This document shows, one piece after another, positions 9,200-18,572 of a DNA stretch of 64,000 nucleotides. The DNA lies in the NCBI GenBank assembly GCA_041738505.1, contig JBGSPQ010000040.1, positions 6,092 to 70,091 of the forward strand. The letters are read 5' to 3'. The notes under the pieces are model-generated. The model saw only the letters and a list, made by a program, of their open reading frames with translations, was not told the DNA's origin and searched no databases. The first letter of the stretch is position 1. Each line of letters begins with the position of its first letter. The translations under genes and the position numbers were made by a program. Source of the DNA: Candidatus Altimarinota bacterium. GTDB lineage: Bacteria; Patescibacteriota; Gracilibacteria; UBA1369.

Positions 9200-9745
9200 A
9201 TGAAAAAGTATTTTTCCACTCCGCTTCTGGCCGGTGTGATTGTGCTGGCTATGGGGCTGACCGCTTTCGCGGCCACCACGATGTTTACCGATGAGGGCGA
9301 TTTTGCCGACTGGTATGCTGATTCGGTGAAGAAGATGCAGTACAACGAGGTTATTACCGGTTATCCCGACGGATCGTTTAAGGGTGGCAACAATGTGAGC
9401 AGGGCCGAACTGGCCGTGATGCTGGATAGGTTCGCAGCCAATGTTTTTGGAAAAGAGATGCAGTCGGAGCCGATGATGTGCACGATGCAGTATGTTTACG
9501 GTTTGACGGTTTATCTGCAGGATCAGGATGGTCAGCCGTTAAAGGATGCGACGATTTCCAGTTCTCCGGAGACTGAATTTATGGGGATTGATGGTCAATA
9601 TTCCGGTATTGGAGAAGGCGAGGGTTATTATACTTTTACGGTTGAAAAGGCCGGATACAGTACTTACCATGAAACAATCAAACTGGAACAGGATGACTGC
9701 CATGTGATTGCGCAGACGAGGACGGTTACGCTGTACGCGCTGTAA
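9200..9745 (+). CDS. secreted SLH-domain protein with a carboxypeptidase-regulatory-like beta-sandwich
   Basis: I prefer the start at MKKYFSTPLLAGVIVLAMGLTAFA (signal peptide); the track ORF starts at 9173. It has one SLH unit (FTDEGDFADWYADSVKKMQYNEVITGYPDGSFKGGNNVSRAELAVMLDR), then a small domain (TVYLQDQDGQPLKDATI..GYYTFTVEKAGYSTY). Confidence 0.6.
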   Translation: MKKYFSTPLLAGVIVLAMGLTAFAATTMFTDEGDFADWYADSVKKMQYNEVITGYPDGSFKGGNNVSRAELAVMLDRFAANVFGKEMQSEPMMCTMQYVYGLTVYLQDQDGQPLKDATISSSPETEFMGIDGQYSGIGEGEGYYTFTVEKAGYSTYHETIKLEQDDCHVIAQTRTVTLYAL

Positions 9746-9786
9746 TTAAGTTTTGGAGGGAGATATGGTAGATGAATAGTATAAAC

Positions 9787-9815
9787 AAAAACCCCCGCTT
9801 TTAGGCGGGGGTTTT
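9787..9815. terminator. bidirectional rho-independent terminator
   Basis: The sequence is aaaacccccgc-ttttag-gcgggggtttt, with a G/C stem flanked by an A-run and a T-run. It lies between the convergent 9200 gene and HU. Confidence 0.85.
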
Positions 9816-9881
9816 AATAGTGTATCGATTGTGCGTTACGAGGGAGGTGGTGTTTTGCTTGCGCAAAACTTTGTTTCCTAG

Positions 9882-9907
9882 GCGCACTTCGCTACGCTTC
9901 GTGCGTG
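9882..9907 (-). repeat. GC-rich 26-nt repeat copy A (core CGCTTCGTGCG), directly after the HU stop codon
   Basis: gcgcacttcgctacgcttcgtgcgtg matches 37471-37496 (gcgcactccgcttcgcttcgtgcgtg) at 24 of 26 positions. The upstream gttttgctYgc is also shared. Confidence 0.7.
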
Positions 9908-10183
9908 CTATCTAACTGCATCTTTCAAAGATTTGCCGGCTTTGAAAGCAGGAAGCTTCATAGCTGGGATCTTGATTTTCTGACCCGGGTTGCGAGGATT
10001 AACACCTGTTCGGGCAGCTCTCTTGGAAACGCGGAATGTACCGAAACCTGTAACGGTTACGTTTTCGCCTTTCTTGAGGCTCTTTGTGATAGCGTCAAGT
10101 ACTGCATCCAAAACTGCTGAAGCGTCTTTCTTTGTAACGCCAGCTTTGGAAGCTGCATGGTTGACGAGGTCTTGCTTGGTCAT
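9908..10183 (-). CDS. hup: DNA-binding protein HU
   Basis: Start taken at MTKQDLVNHAASKAGVTKKDASAVLDAVLDAI. GFGTFRVSKRAARTGVNPRNPGQKIKIPAMKLPAFKAGKSLKDAV is a canonical HU/IHF arm. The product is 91 aa. Confidence 0.93.
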   Translation of the reverse strand: MTKQDLVNHAASKAGVTKKDASAVLDAVLDAITKSLKKGENVTVTGFGTFRVSKRAARTGVNPRNPGQKIKIPAMKLPAFKAGKSLKDAVR

Positions 10184-10469
10184 AGAAGATAAGGTTAAGG
10201 GTAAATAGTGACTGACCATGGGCATTATATAAACGTACCCTTAAAATGCAAGTTATTTAGATGAATAAGGGAATAATCGGGGTTTTTGGCAAAGGCGGAA
10301 GTTGCGGGTTTGTATGTAAATGGCTTAAATAAGCGGTAAAATTGCATTCCGGGTGGTGCTTAAAATGGCCAAAAACGGTGTTTTTGGCTTGTATATAACA
10401 AAATCAAACAATCTTGCCTGTCAAGCCCTTTTTTAAGCCAAAAAGCCGCATTTTAACTTTCCGGGTTGG

Positions 10470-11339
10470 TTAACGTGGAAGGTTGGAGGGGTGCAGGAAA
10501 GTACCGAAAATGTGGCTGGTGTTTTCCGCCGGATCATCAATTTTTAGCAGTGAGGCCGAAGATGTTCTTTTGTATAAATGGAATTGTGGTGAGTTTTTTA
10601 TCCGCATCAATCTGTGTAATACGTAGATTGTTTCGGGGGAATCCAGGGCGATGCTGTCGGGGTTGCCGTTATTAATTGCCGCCAGCGCTTTGATTTCGTT
10701 CAATATATCGTTATTTGAGCTATTGTTATGATTGGCTCCAAACCATTTGATTGTCAAAGTATCGTGTTGGAGGGCGGTTTCCTCATCAATTACATGGGAA
10801 AAATCAACACTGGCGATGATAAGCGTGTGGGATAAATCCAGTTTGGCAAGATTATCGATCAGCTTGTCCATCTGTTCACGGGGGGTATCGGGCTTGATGG
10901 TGATCGGAATGAAGGTTGCTTTCGGGAAATGCACGCTTATAAAAGGGATGTGGCTGGTGATGCCGTGTTCATTTTCCAGGAGGTGACCGCCGTCGTATAC
11001 CGCTTTTTGTTCAATAAGAATTTCAATTGCCGGGGAATCATAATCAATCATTCCATCCAATTTGTTGTTGATTGATTTGGATGTCTGGATTGGATAATAG
11101 CCATATCCAAAGTGGTTGGGACTGATAACGATGATTCTTTCGTAGTTGTTGTCCGTGCTGATTTTTTTGTAGAGATTTTCAATCTCGTTTTTTACCAGCA
11201 AATGGTGGGGCATAACCGCCCCACCGATATTGTCCGCGTTCGCGTTGCTGTTTGTACCAAAGCCGAGTGCGCAGAGAATCAGTACACCCGGCAGTGATTT
11301 TTTTAGTATTTCCATGGTCGTGATGATGTGCCGCCCCAT
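10470..11339 (-). CDS. secreted Memo-like / AmmeMemoRadiSam-B-like protein
   Basis: Signal-like N-terminus (the start may be MEILKK at 11315). GGAVMPHHLLV and IIVISPNHFGYG resemble the metal-ligand blocks of Memo/LigB-type class III dioxygenase-fold proteins. The family call is tentative. Confidence 0.4.
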   Translation of the reverse strand: MGRHIITTMEILKKSLPGVLILCALGFGTNSNANADNIGGAVMPHHLLVKNEIENLYKKISTDNNYERIIVISPNHFGYGYYPIQTSKSINNKLDGMIDYDSPAIEILIEQKAVYDGGHLLENEHGITSHIPFISVHFPKATFIPITIKPDTPREQMDKLIDNLAKLDLSHTLIIASVDFSHVIDEETALQHDTLTIKWFGANHNNSSNNDILNEIKALAAINNGNPDSIALDSPETIYVLHRLMRIKNSPQFHLYKRTSSASLLKIDDPAENTSHIFGTFLHPSNLPR

Positions 11340-13090
11340 TCAAGCACCGTGAATCCTTTTCTTGGTATTGAAGTAAGGTTTTGGGCGGGAACGGAATAGA
11401 AGCTTGGTTCCGGCTGATAGTACATGAATACTCTGATGAGTGTGTCCGGCGCGGGGGTGATTTGCAGGGGCGCGACTTTATTGAAGTCGGAGGTTCCCAC
11501 AAAACTTACATACAGATAAGGTTCCGGATTATTCATCATGCGGGGATACCAGAATTCCACAAAGTCCGCTTTTTCGGTTTCATTAAGCCCGAGTTTTGTC
11601 AGGCTTTCATTCAGGAAAGAGGCCAGGTTTTCTTTTTTAACAACAAATCCCTTATTGGCGTTGATACCGTCTTTGTCTATTCCCTCCCAGAAAAGGTAGG
11701 GGTAGTTTTGGCCGTCCGCGTAGTTGTATAAGGATCCGTCCGGTTGAGCCTGTACGGTCCATCCGCTTAAGCCGTAATCGGGGATTGTGACTGTGAATTC
11801 ATCCACCTCCACTTCCACATGAACGTTTGTGGTGGTTTCCGGATAAAGGTAGATAACGGGCTTTCCGCATTCGGCGGGGATGGTGAAGTCGACATTCATT
11901 AGCGCGCTCCATCTGCCCTGCGGATCCTGCCAGAATATCAGAGGTTTCTTTTTGTTGTAGTCGTCAAAACTCAAAGTAACCGGGGTGTCACCGTTTTCAT
12001 TGGACATTTTGGCGAAGGATTTATGCGCCGAGTATGAATAATCCAGCCTTTTTTGGGCGTCCGTGGCGGTGTCCAGTTCGGCGGCGTTTTCCAGCGGGTT
12101 GGTCAGAACGTAAAGATCCATACCGTTTGACGCGGTACCCGCTTTTTTAAGTTCATTGTCATTTACATTGATAATTTCGTAACAGTTGCCGCGGATTCCG
12201 CAGCCGCCCTGTGCGTATTTATATCCGTCGGTGATGTTTGCGGTGCTTCCGTCCTCCCAGGTTACTGTGACATCGTCTCCGTCAAAGAATTCGGGGTCGT
12301 AATTATACAAGGTTGTGGCGCCGTCCGGTCCCATCACGTAAAGACAGCCGTATCTTTCATTCTTATATACATTGCCAACTTCGTCATTGGTGAAGGCGAG
12401 GGTTGTTTCACCCAGGTCCAGCATTAAATAATTGCTGAATTTTTCCTCCGTTTTTATTACCTCCGGCTTGCCCGGAAATGATATGGTTTCGGGTAATTCA
12501 ACTTTTTCCAGATATGTTTCGTTGTCTGTTGCGCCAACAAAATACTCAAAAAATCCGGGGGTCATTTCGTTGTCGGACTGTTTTTTTAGTAGAGTCAGAC
12601 TATTGGTTTCTTTGTCCCAGGCGAAACGATAGGTGTAATTCCTAAAACACATGCCGTCGCATTTTAGGTCCAGCATTAATAAAGTTTGTCCTTCATACGG
12701 GGCTTTATTAATGGTGCCGACTTCGTAAAATCCGAAAAGTCGTGAAATTTCATCCCACTTGTAATCTCCGGGTTGGTCGTAGTCGTAGAAGTTTATTGCG
12801 ATATTTTCTTTGTTGTCGCCAATTATTAAGTCGGAGGATACGGCTTTGATTTTTCCCGTAAATTCAACGTCGCCGTCGCGGAACCAGGGGAAGATTTTTA
12901 CGGTTGTTTCGGCGGCTTGTTCATTTTCATCGGTGTTTGATTCTTCATCGGAGGTGTCCGTTTCTTCGGTGTCTATAATCACATCACTATCGGGCGGGGA
13001 TTTTTCGGGCGACGGATTTGCGCTTTCAAGGTCGCAGCCGGTAATAAGGAGTGACAGGATTAAGCCTGTCAGAAGCGTGATTTTTTTCAT
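11303..13090 (-). CDS. hypothetical lipoprotein (595 aa)
   Basis: Lipobox LSLLITGC follows MKKITLLTGLI. An acidic low-complexity linker comes next, then a large globular part with no recognised motif. The 3' end overlaps the start region of the Memo-like gene. Confidence 0.6.
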   Translation of the reverse strand: MKKITLLTGLILSLLITGCDLESANPSPEKSPPDSDVIIDTEETDTSDEESNTDENEQAAETTVKIFPWFRDGDVEFTGKIKAVSSDLIIGDNKENIAINFYDYDQPGDYKWDEISRLFGFYEVGTINKAPYEGQTLLMLDLKCDGMCFRNYTYRFAWDKETNSLTLLKKQSDNEMTPGFFEYFVGATDNETYLEKVELPETISFPGKPEVIKTEEKFSNYLMLDLGETTLAFTNDEVGNVYKNERYGCLYVMGPDGATTLYNYDPEFFDGDDVTVTWEDGSTANITDGYKYAQGGCGIRGNCYEIINVNDNELKKAGTASNGMDLYVLTNPLENAAELDTATDAQKRLDYSYSAHKSFAKMSNENGDTPVTLSFDDYNKKKPLIFWQDPQGRWSALMNVDFTIPAECGKPVIYLYPETTTNVHVEVEVDEFTVTIPDYGLSGWTVQAQPDGSLYNYADGQNYPYLFWEGIDKDGINANKGFVVKKENLASFLNESLTKLGLNETEKADFVEFWYPRMMNNPEPYLYVSFVGTSDFNKVAPLQITPAPDTLIRVFMYYQPEPSFYSVPAQNLTSIPRKGFTVLEWGGTSSRPWKY

Positions 13091-13259
13091 TTTAAAAAGT
13101 GAAAAAATAATAAATTAATTTGTACAGGCAGTTATAACAGTGGCCGGGAGTGGGTATTACAAATTTTTTATATTAGAGGGGTCTATATATGTATAATATT
13201 TGACTAAATGTGTATAATCCATTAGTTATTTGTAATTGTTAAATTAAAAACTTTTAAAT

Positions 13260-15554
13260 ATGGCTGAAAATTTAGTTATCGTGGAGTCCCCGGCCAAGGC
13301 GAGAACCATTTCGGGGTTTTTGGGAAGCAAGTATGTAGTGAAGGCGTCTATGGGACATGTGCGGGATTTGCCGAAATCAAAAATCGGAATTGATGTTGAG
13401 CATGATTTTGAACCGACTTATATGGTTCCGGTGGATAAGAAAAAAATCATCACCGATCTAAAAAAAGAGGTGAAAAAAGATACGACCGTATATGTGGCGA
13501 CTGATGAAGACCGCGAAGGGGAGGCCATTGGTTGGCATCTTTTGAAGGCGATGGGGGTGAATGAAAAAAAGCAGAAGGTTAAGAGAATTGTTTTTCATGA
13601 AATCACCAAAGGTGCGATTGAAAACGCGATTAATAATCCGCGCGAAATTGATGAAAATCTGGTGGACGCGCAACAGGCGCGCAGGGTTTTGGACAGGCTG
13701 GTGGGTTATGAGCTTTCGCCTTTGCTTTGGCAGAAAATTCGTTACGGTCTTTCCGCGGGAAGAGTGCAGAGTGTGGCGGTGAGGCTGGTTGTTGATAAGG
13801 AAAGGGAAATTCGCGCGTTTAAGCCGGAGGAGTATTGGAGCGTGAAGGCGGATTTTTTGAAGGGAAGCGATAAATTCCAGGCCGAGCTGACAAAGTTTAA
13901 TGGCAAGGATTTGAAAATCCATAATGGAAAAGAGGCCAAGAAAGTGCTGGATGATTTGAAGGGATGCAGGTATGAAGTGACGCAGGTGGAGGAAAAAAGC
14001 ATAAAGAGAAATCCTTCGGCGCCTTTTACCACGTCCACTCTGCAGCAGGAGGCTTCGCGTAAATTGGGTTTTGGAGTGAAGAAAACCATGATTGTCGCCC
14101 AGCAGTTGTATGAAGGTGTGACCCATAACAAAGGGTCTCACGGTTTGATTACTTATATGCGTACCGATTCGGTGAATCTTTCGGCGATTGCTTTGAATCA
14201 GGCCAAAGAGGTTATTACAAAAGAGTTTGGGAAGGAGTACGCGCTGGATAAACCCAGATATTACAGGGGCAAAAAGGGCGCGCAGGAGGCTCACGAGGCG
14301 ATTCGTCCCGTGGATTTATCCATCAAACCGGAGGATGTTAAGGCTCATTTGGACAAGGATCAGTTTAGATTGTATGAACTGGTGTGGAAAAGAACGTTGG
14401 CCTGCCAGATGGCCGAAGCCAGGCTGAAGGCCGTGGGGGTTGATGTGACGCCTTTTCAAAATAATACGGATACGGGATATATTTTCCGCGCGACGGGGCA
14501 GACTATTGAGTTTCCGGGTTTTATCCGTGCTTATGTGGAGGGTAGTGATGATCCGGAGGAAAGTATCGGCGATCAGGAAAAAATTCTGCCGAAGCTGGAG
14601 GAGGGGGATAAGGTGGATTTGGATTCACTGGGTTCAAATCAGCATTTTACCAAACCGCCGGCACGGTATACGGAGGCCAGTCTGGTCAAAAAAATGGAGG
14701 CGGAGGGGATTGGTCGTCCTTCCACTTACGCGCCCACGATTCATACGATTCAGGCCAGGGGTTATGTGGAAAAAGAGGCCAAACAACTGAAGCCGACGGA
14801 TTTGGGAGAGGTGGTGACGGATATGCTGGTTAAGCATTTTGATAATATTGTGGATTATCAGTTTACGGCCGAAATGGAGCTTTCACTTGATGAAATCGCT
14901 GAGGGAAAAAAGAAATGGGTGCCGGTGATTCGCGCTTTTTACGGACCTTTTCATAAGGCGATTGAGATCAAATCAAAATCAATTAAAAAAGAGGATCTGG
15001 TGAATTTGGGCGATACCGGCGAAAAATGTGACAAGTGCGGGGCGAAAATGATTTTCAAGCTGGGGAGGTTTGGCAAGTTTATGTCGTGCTCCAATTATCC
15101 GGAGTGTAAGAATGCCAAGCCGGTGGAAAATCCGAATAAGGAGGAACCGAAGATTGATGAGGATTTAAAGCGCAAACTGGCCGGCAAGAAATGCGATAAG
15201 TGCGGCAAACCGATGGAGATTAAGATGGGTCGGTTCGGCGAGTTTTTGGGTTGCAGCGGTTATCCGGACTGTAAGAACATTAAGCCGATTATCAAACTGA
15301 TTGGCGTAAAATGTCCAAAATGCAAGGAGGGGCAGTTGATTGAAAGGCGCACCAGAAAGGGCGGGCGCGTGTTTTATGGCTGTAATAAATTTCCAAAATG
15401 CAAATACGCCACCTGGAAAAAACCGGGTGAGGAGGGGGCGGAAACGGAGGTTAAAAAAGGGAAAAAGGTGTCTCCGGCCGGGAAATCCGCGGCTAAAACC
15501 GTGAAAAAAACTGTTAAGAAGGTTGTAAAGAGTAAAGCCAAGGCTAAAAAATAG
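13260..15554 (+). CDS. topA: DNA topoisomerase I
   Basis: 764 aa with a Toprim start (LVIVESPAKARTI..), the DEDREGEAI acidic cluster and an active-site region (ITYMRTDS). Four C-terminal CxxC..CxxC zinc ribbons and a lysine-rich tail (KKGKKVSPAGKSAAKTVKKTVKKVVKSKAKAKK) follow. Confidence 0.95.
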   Translation: MAENLVIVESPAKARTISGFLGSKYVVKASMGHVRDLPKSKIGIDVEHDFEPTYMVPVDKKKIITDLKKEVKKDTTVYVATDEDREGEAIGWHLLKAMGVNEKKQKVKRIVFHEITKGAIENAINNPREIDENLVDAQQARRVLDRLVGYELSPLLWQKIRYGLSAGRVQSVAVRLVVDKEREIRAFKPEEYWSVKADFLKGSDKFQAELTKFNGKDLKIHNGKEAKKVLDDLKGCRYEVTQVEEKSIKRNPSAPFTTSTLQQEASRKLGFGVKKTMIVAQQLYEGVTHNKGSHGLITYMRTDSVNLSAIALNQAKEVITKEFGKEYALDKPRYYRGKKGAQEAHEAIRPVDLSIKPEDVKAHLDKDQFRLYELVWKRTLACQMAEARLKAVGVDVTPFQNNTDTGYIFRATGQTIEFPGFIRAYVEGSDDPEESIGDQEKILPKLEEGDKVDLDSLGSNQHFTKPPARYTEASLVKKMEAEGIGRPSTYAPTIHTIQARGYVEKEAKQLKPTDLGEVVTDMLVKHFDNIVDYQFTAEMELSLDEIAEGKKKWVPVIRAFYGPFHKAIEIKSKSIKKEDLVNLGDTGEKCDKCGAKMIFKLGRFGKFMSCSNYPECKNAKPVENPNKEEPKIDEDLKRKLAGKKCDKCGKPMEIKMGRFGEFLGCSGYPDCKNIKPIIKLIGVKCPKCKEGQLIERRTRKGGRVFYGCNKFPKCKYATWKKPGEEGAETEVKKGKKVSPAGKSAAKTVKKTVKKVVKSKAKAKK

Positions 15555-15681
15555 TATTGGGGGTGGGAACAAACATCCGACTTCAAAAACTAGAAGGCGT
15601 ATGTTATTGGGTATTGAATAAATGCCTGTTTTGTGTTAAAATACTAGGATATTTAATAAAAAAACTTAATACAAAAACAAA

Positions 15682-18522
15682 ATGATTATCAATCTAAACA
15701 ATAAAGGTTTGATTAAACCGTTTTTGAAGTACGGCGTTTTGAGCGTGCTGATGGCGGTGGGATTGTTGGTGGGGGCGTTTACAGCGAGCGCTTCTAACGC
15801 GACTTCCTGTTATGATGTGGTGGGGCAGGGAATGGATGTGGATTATAACGGTACCGGGGTGTTTAATTCCGGGAAGCCGATTTTTGATGAAGTAGTTTTA
15901 GGTGCGCCGCAGTATCCTTATCAGGGATGTCTGGAGGATATGTCCGATGAGGTTTTTCCGAATGCCGGTGCTGCCGCTTTCGGTGCTCCTCCGGCTATTT
16001 ATTATCAGGTAAAAGGTTGGGCGTGGGATGACAATCTGGGATGGATAAGCATGTATTGCGATGATGAAGCCGGTAACGGTGCTCCTTATGAAAACAACGG
16101 AATTAATTGTGGTAATTTTAAGTACGGGGTGACGATTGATGAATCTGGTATTTTTTACGGGTATGCGTGGGGCGACAATACGGGGTGGATAAGTTTTAAT
16201 AATGGTGGATTCAGCCGCGTGAAGATTGAAATTGATCCGCCGGAATGTCAGGGATATGTTTACGGACCGGTGTCTCCCGATCCGGTTTGCGCGGGTCATT
16301 CAAAAACCGACACGATGGCCTGGAGCGATAATGTGGGATGGATTGATTTTGACGGGGTGCTTTTCCCGTGGTTTCAAGTGACTGTGGAGATTCTTGAACC
16401 GAATGTGCTTGTGGAACTGATTCCCGATCCGAACGGCAGATTGAAGTCGGCGGCATTGGCGACGGATAGGCCTCCGTTTGCCAACGGTGTTGACGATTAT
16501 ACCGTGAAGGTGACAATTCTGGATACGGACGGTATGCCTTTGGAGGAGCCCAGGTATCAAACGGATATTCTTTTAAAGTGGACACGGGATACGGTGAAGA
16601 AGGATCAGAGGAAACCTCTTCCTCCCGTTAATCCGGCTCTACATAATCTTGCCGCACTACAGCCCTGTGCTGTTCATACGAATCGCGCAGTTACCAAGCC
16701 CTGTCTGTTTACCACGGCGGCCAATTATCTGGGTACCGGTGTTTGGGAAGGGCTGATTACTTCCATAGCGCCGACCTCAAATATGAATAAATGGCTTGAA
16801 CCGTCGGATCCGGCAACATTTCCTCCTTCGGAAGTGATTGTTCGTGATTACGAAAAATTTATTGCACCGGCCAATTTGAGTATGGCTGAAACCAATGATT
16901 TGGTGCTGGAAAGCGTGGATATTGATGTACTTGATACGGCCAATGGACTTTGGGTTTATGGGGACGTGGTGAGCGGTACTCCGGTGAACAGGGGATTTAA
17001 TATTCCCGAAATCCGCAATGTGGTGATGAAATTTTTGCCGCAATCGGAAGTGACTATTTTGAATGAGGATGATCATATTGATTATATTGATGTGAATGTG
17101 AACGAGCCGCAGTCGTTTTCTATAGACGGCGATGCGGGATTGGGTGCCACGGTAACTTTGTATGCTGGTCTTGAGCCTTTGGTGACCGGTTTAAAGATGG
17201 CTTTTGACAGCAATAATGACGGTGAAGTGCTGTTTGCGGAAGATGCAATTGTGAATGCCACGGGTTGGCTTGGCGTACTGCCCAATTTTATTGCAGGTGT
17301 TGTTCAGCAGGGGGAGGGAGTTTCGCAGTATCTAAAAGGTATATATATTTATTCTATTGTGAGCGAGCAGAACGGTGTTTATTACTATTCCAACAAACTG
17401 CCTCGCGTTGTGGGTTCCACTGGTGTTCAGCCGGTGGCGATTCTGCGGGGATCGGTTTATTCCGTGGGGGCGGTTACAACCACAACCACGCAGGGAGATG
17501 TGATTCGTTCTTTGGGTGATATCAGTACCAATTTGTTAAGAGATCAGGTGTTCAGGAATGTATCCAGTTTGATTGCGGGGGCGGAGGTGAATACGACCAC
17601 TTATGTGATGTTAAATACAGATAATTCCGGAAGCGGAGGATTTATGGTGGCCGATGGTAGCGGTATAGTGCCGTTGTTAAAAGATACCATGGATGTACCA
17701 AAAGTTTATTTTGCCAAGGGGGATATCCATCTGGGAAGAGCCGGGATGACTGATCCGATTACGTGGTCGGGGGAGAGGACGGTTGTGTCTATCGGCGGTA
17801 ATATTTATATTAATCAGGATTTGTATAATGCCGCGGCTTCTCCAAGGCCCAAGCTGGGGTTGATTGCGCTTAAGGATTTTTCCGCTCCGACCGCCAGTCA
17901 GGCTATGCAGGGGCATGTTTATATTTACAATGAAGTAACAAATATTCAGGCCAATATTTTTGCCGATGGAAGTGTGTTTTCTTACTTTGCAGGAGCAGCT
18001 TTCAATCCACTTGACGGCCGTCCGGTTTTTGCGGATGTGAACGACTATGAGGATAAAACCAAGTATTATCAGTTGTTTATTGAAGGTAGTGTGGCTTCGC
18101 AGAATACAATCGGTGGATCCACAAGAATGCCGAGGATAGACGGTTTGGGAAAAGATGCGCTTAATGATGTATTGAAGGCAAGACAGTATGATTTGAATTT
18201 CCTGAAGATGTATACGGGGCTGATTGATAGGGATCCGGATGGGACGGCACTGGATGCGATAACAGGAGATCCAATTCTTACTGAAAGTGATTTGCAGGTA
18301 ATTACTCCGACAGGTTTGCCTTGGTCCAAATATCTGGATTATGGCGGTTCAGTGGGTGATTTATGGCCGCCTTTTGAACTTGATTCCGCATTTATCTTCG
18401 CCGAAGGGCTGGATGAGACTACCGATCTTGGCTCAACATACATTTACTACGACCCGCCTTCGCCGACTTTGCCGGGATTCCAGGGTAGCAGTGAGTTTGA
18501 TATCAGCGTTACGGCCGGCTAA
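15682..18522 (+). CDS. large secreted or membrane-anchored repeat protein (946 aa), function unknown
   Basis: N-terminal signal anchor (VLSVLMAVGLLVGAFTASA). There are three copies of a Trp/Gly motif within 16012-16360: GWAWDDNLGWISM, GYAWGDNTGWISFN and MAWSDNVGWIDFDG. The rest has no motif I can name. Confidence 0.6.
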   Translation: MIINLNNKGLIKPFLKYGVLSVLMAVGLLVGAFTASASNATSCYDVVGQGMDVDYNGTGVFNSGKPIFDEVVLGAPQYPYQGCLEDMSDEVFPNAGAAAFGAPPAIYYQVKGWAWDDNLGWISMYCDDEAGNGAPYENNGINCGNFKYGVTIDESGIFYGYAWGDNTGWISFNNGGFSRVKIEIDPPECQGYVYGPVSPDPVCAGHSKTDTMAWSDNVGWIDFDGVLFPWFQVTVEILEPNVLVELIPDPNGRLKSAALATDRPPFANGVDDYTVKVTILDTDGMPLEEPRYQTDILLKWTRDTVKKDQRKPLPPVNPALHNLAALQPCAVHTNRAVTKPCLFTTAANYLGTGVWEGLITSIAPTSNMNKWLEPSDPATFPPSEVIVRDYEKFIAPANLSMAETNDLVLESVDIDVLDTANGLWVYGDVVSGTPVNRGFNIPEIRNVVMKFLPQSEVTILNEDDHIDYIDVNVNEPQSFSIDGDAGLGATVTLYAGLEPLVTGLKMAFDSNNDGEVLFAEDAIVNATGWLGVLPNFIAGVVQQGEGVSQYLKGIYIYSIVSEQNGVYYYSNKLPRVVGSTGVQPVAILRGSVYSVGAVTTTTTQGDVIRSLGDISTNLLRDQVFRNVSSLIAGAEVNTTTYVMLNTDNSGSGGFMVADGSGIVPLLKDTMDVPKVYFAKGDIHLGRAGMTDPITWSGERTVVSIGGNIYINQDLYNAAASPRPKLGLIALKDFSAPTASQAMQGHVYIYNEVTNIQANIFADGSVFSYFAGAAFNPLDGRPVFADVNDYEDKTKYYQLFIEGSVASQNTIGGSTRMPRIDGLGKDALNDVLKARQYDLNFLKMYTGLIDRDPDGTALDAITGDPILTESDLQVITPTGLPWSKYLDYGGSVGDLWPPFELDSAFIFAEGLDETTDLGSTYIYYDPPSPTLPGFQGSSEFDISVTAG

Positions 18523-18539
18523 TCAATACACAATTAAAA

Positions 18540-18570
18540 AACGGGGCTTCCATTGGATGCTCCGTTTTTT
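18540..18570. terminator. bidirectional rho-independent terminator
   Basis: aacggggc..gctccgtt stem (8 bp including one G-T) with inner tcc/gga pairing. An A-run precedes it and ttttttg follows. It sits between the convergent 946-aa gene and the GT2 gene. Confidence 0.7.
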
Positions 18571-18572
18571 GT

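Noticed and set aside
10226-10469. Repeated GGC(C)AAAAA motifs and a gccaaaaac/gtttttggc hairpin (10367-10389) upstream of HU
   Set aside because: This is most simply the terminator of the Memo-like/lipoprotein operon plus A-tract-rich promoter DNA for HU. Nothing demands a special explanation.
5-11339. Linking the radical SAM gene (5-1051) and the Memo-like gene (10470-11339) as an AmmeMemoRadiSam system
   Set aside because: They are 9 kb apart, on opposite strands, and separated by pheST, a TA module and HU. No AMMECR1-like gene is present, and the Memo-like protein appears to be exported.
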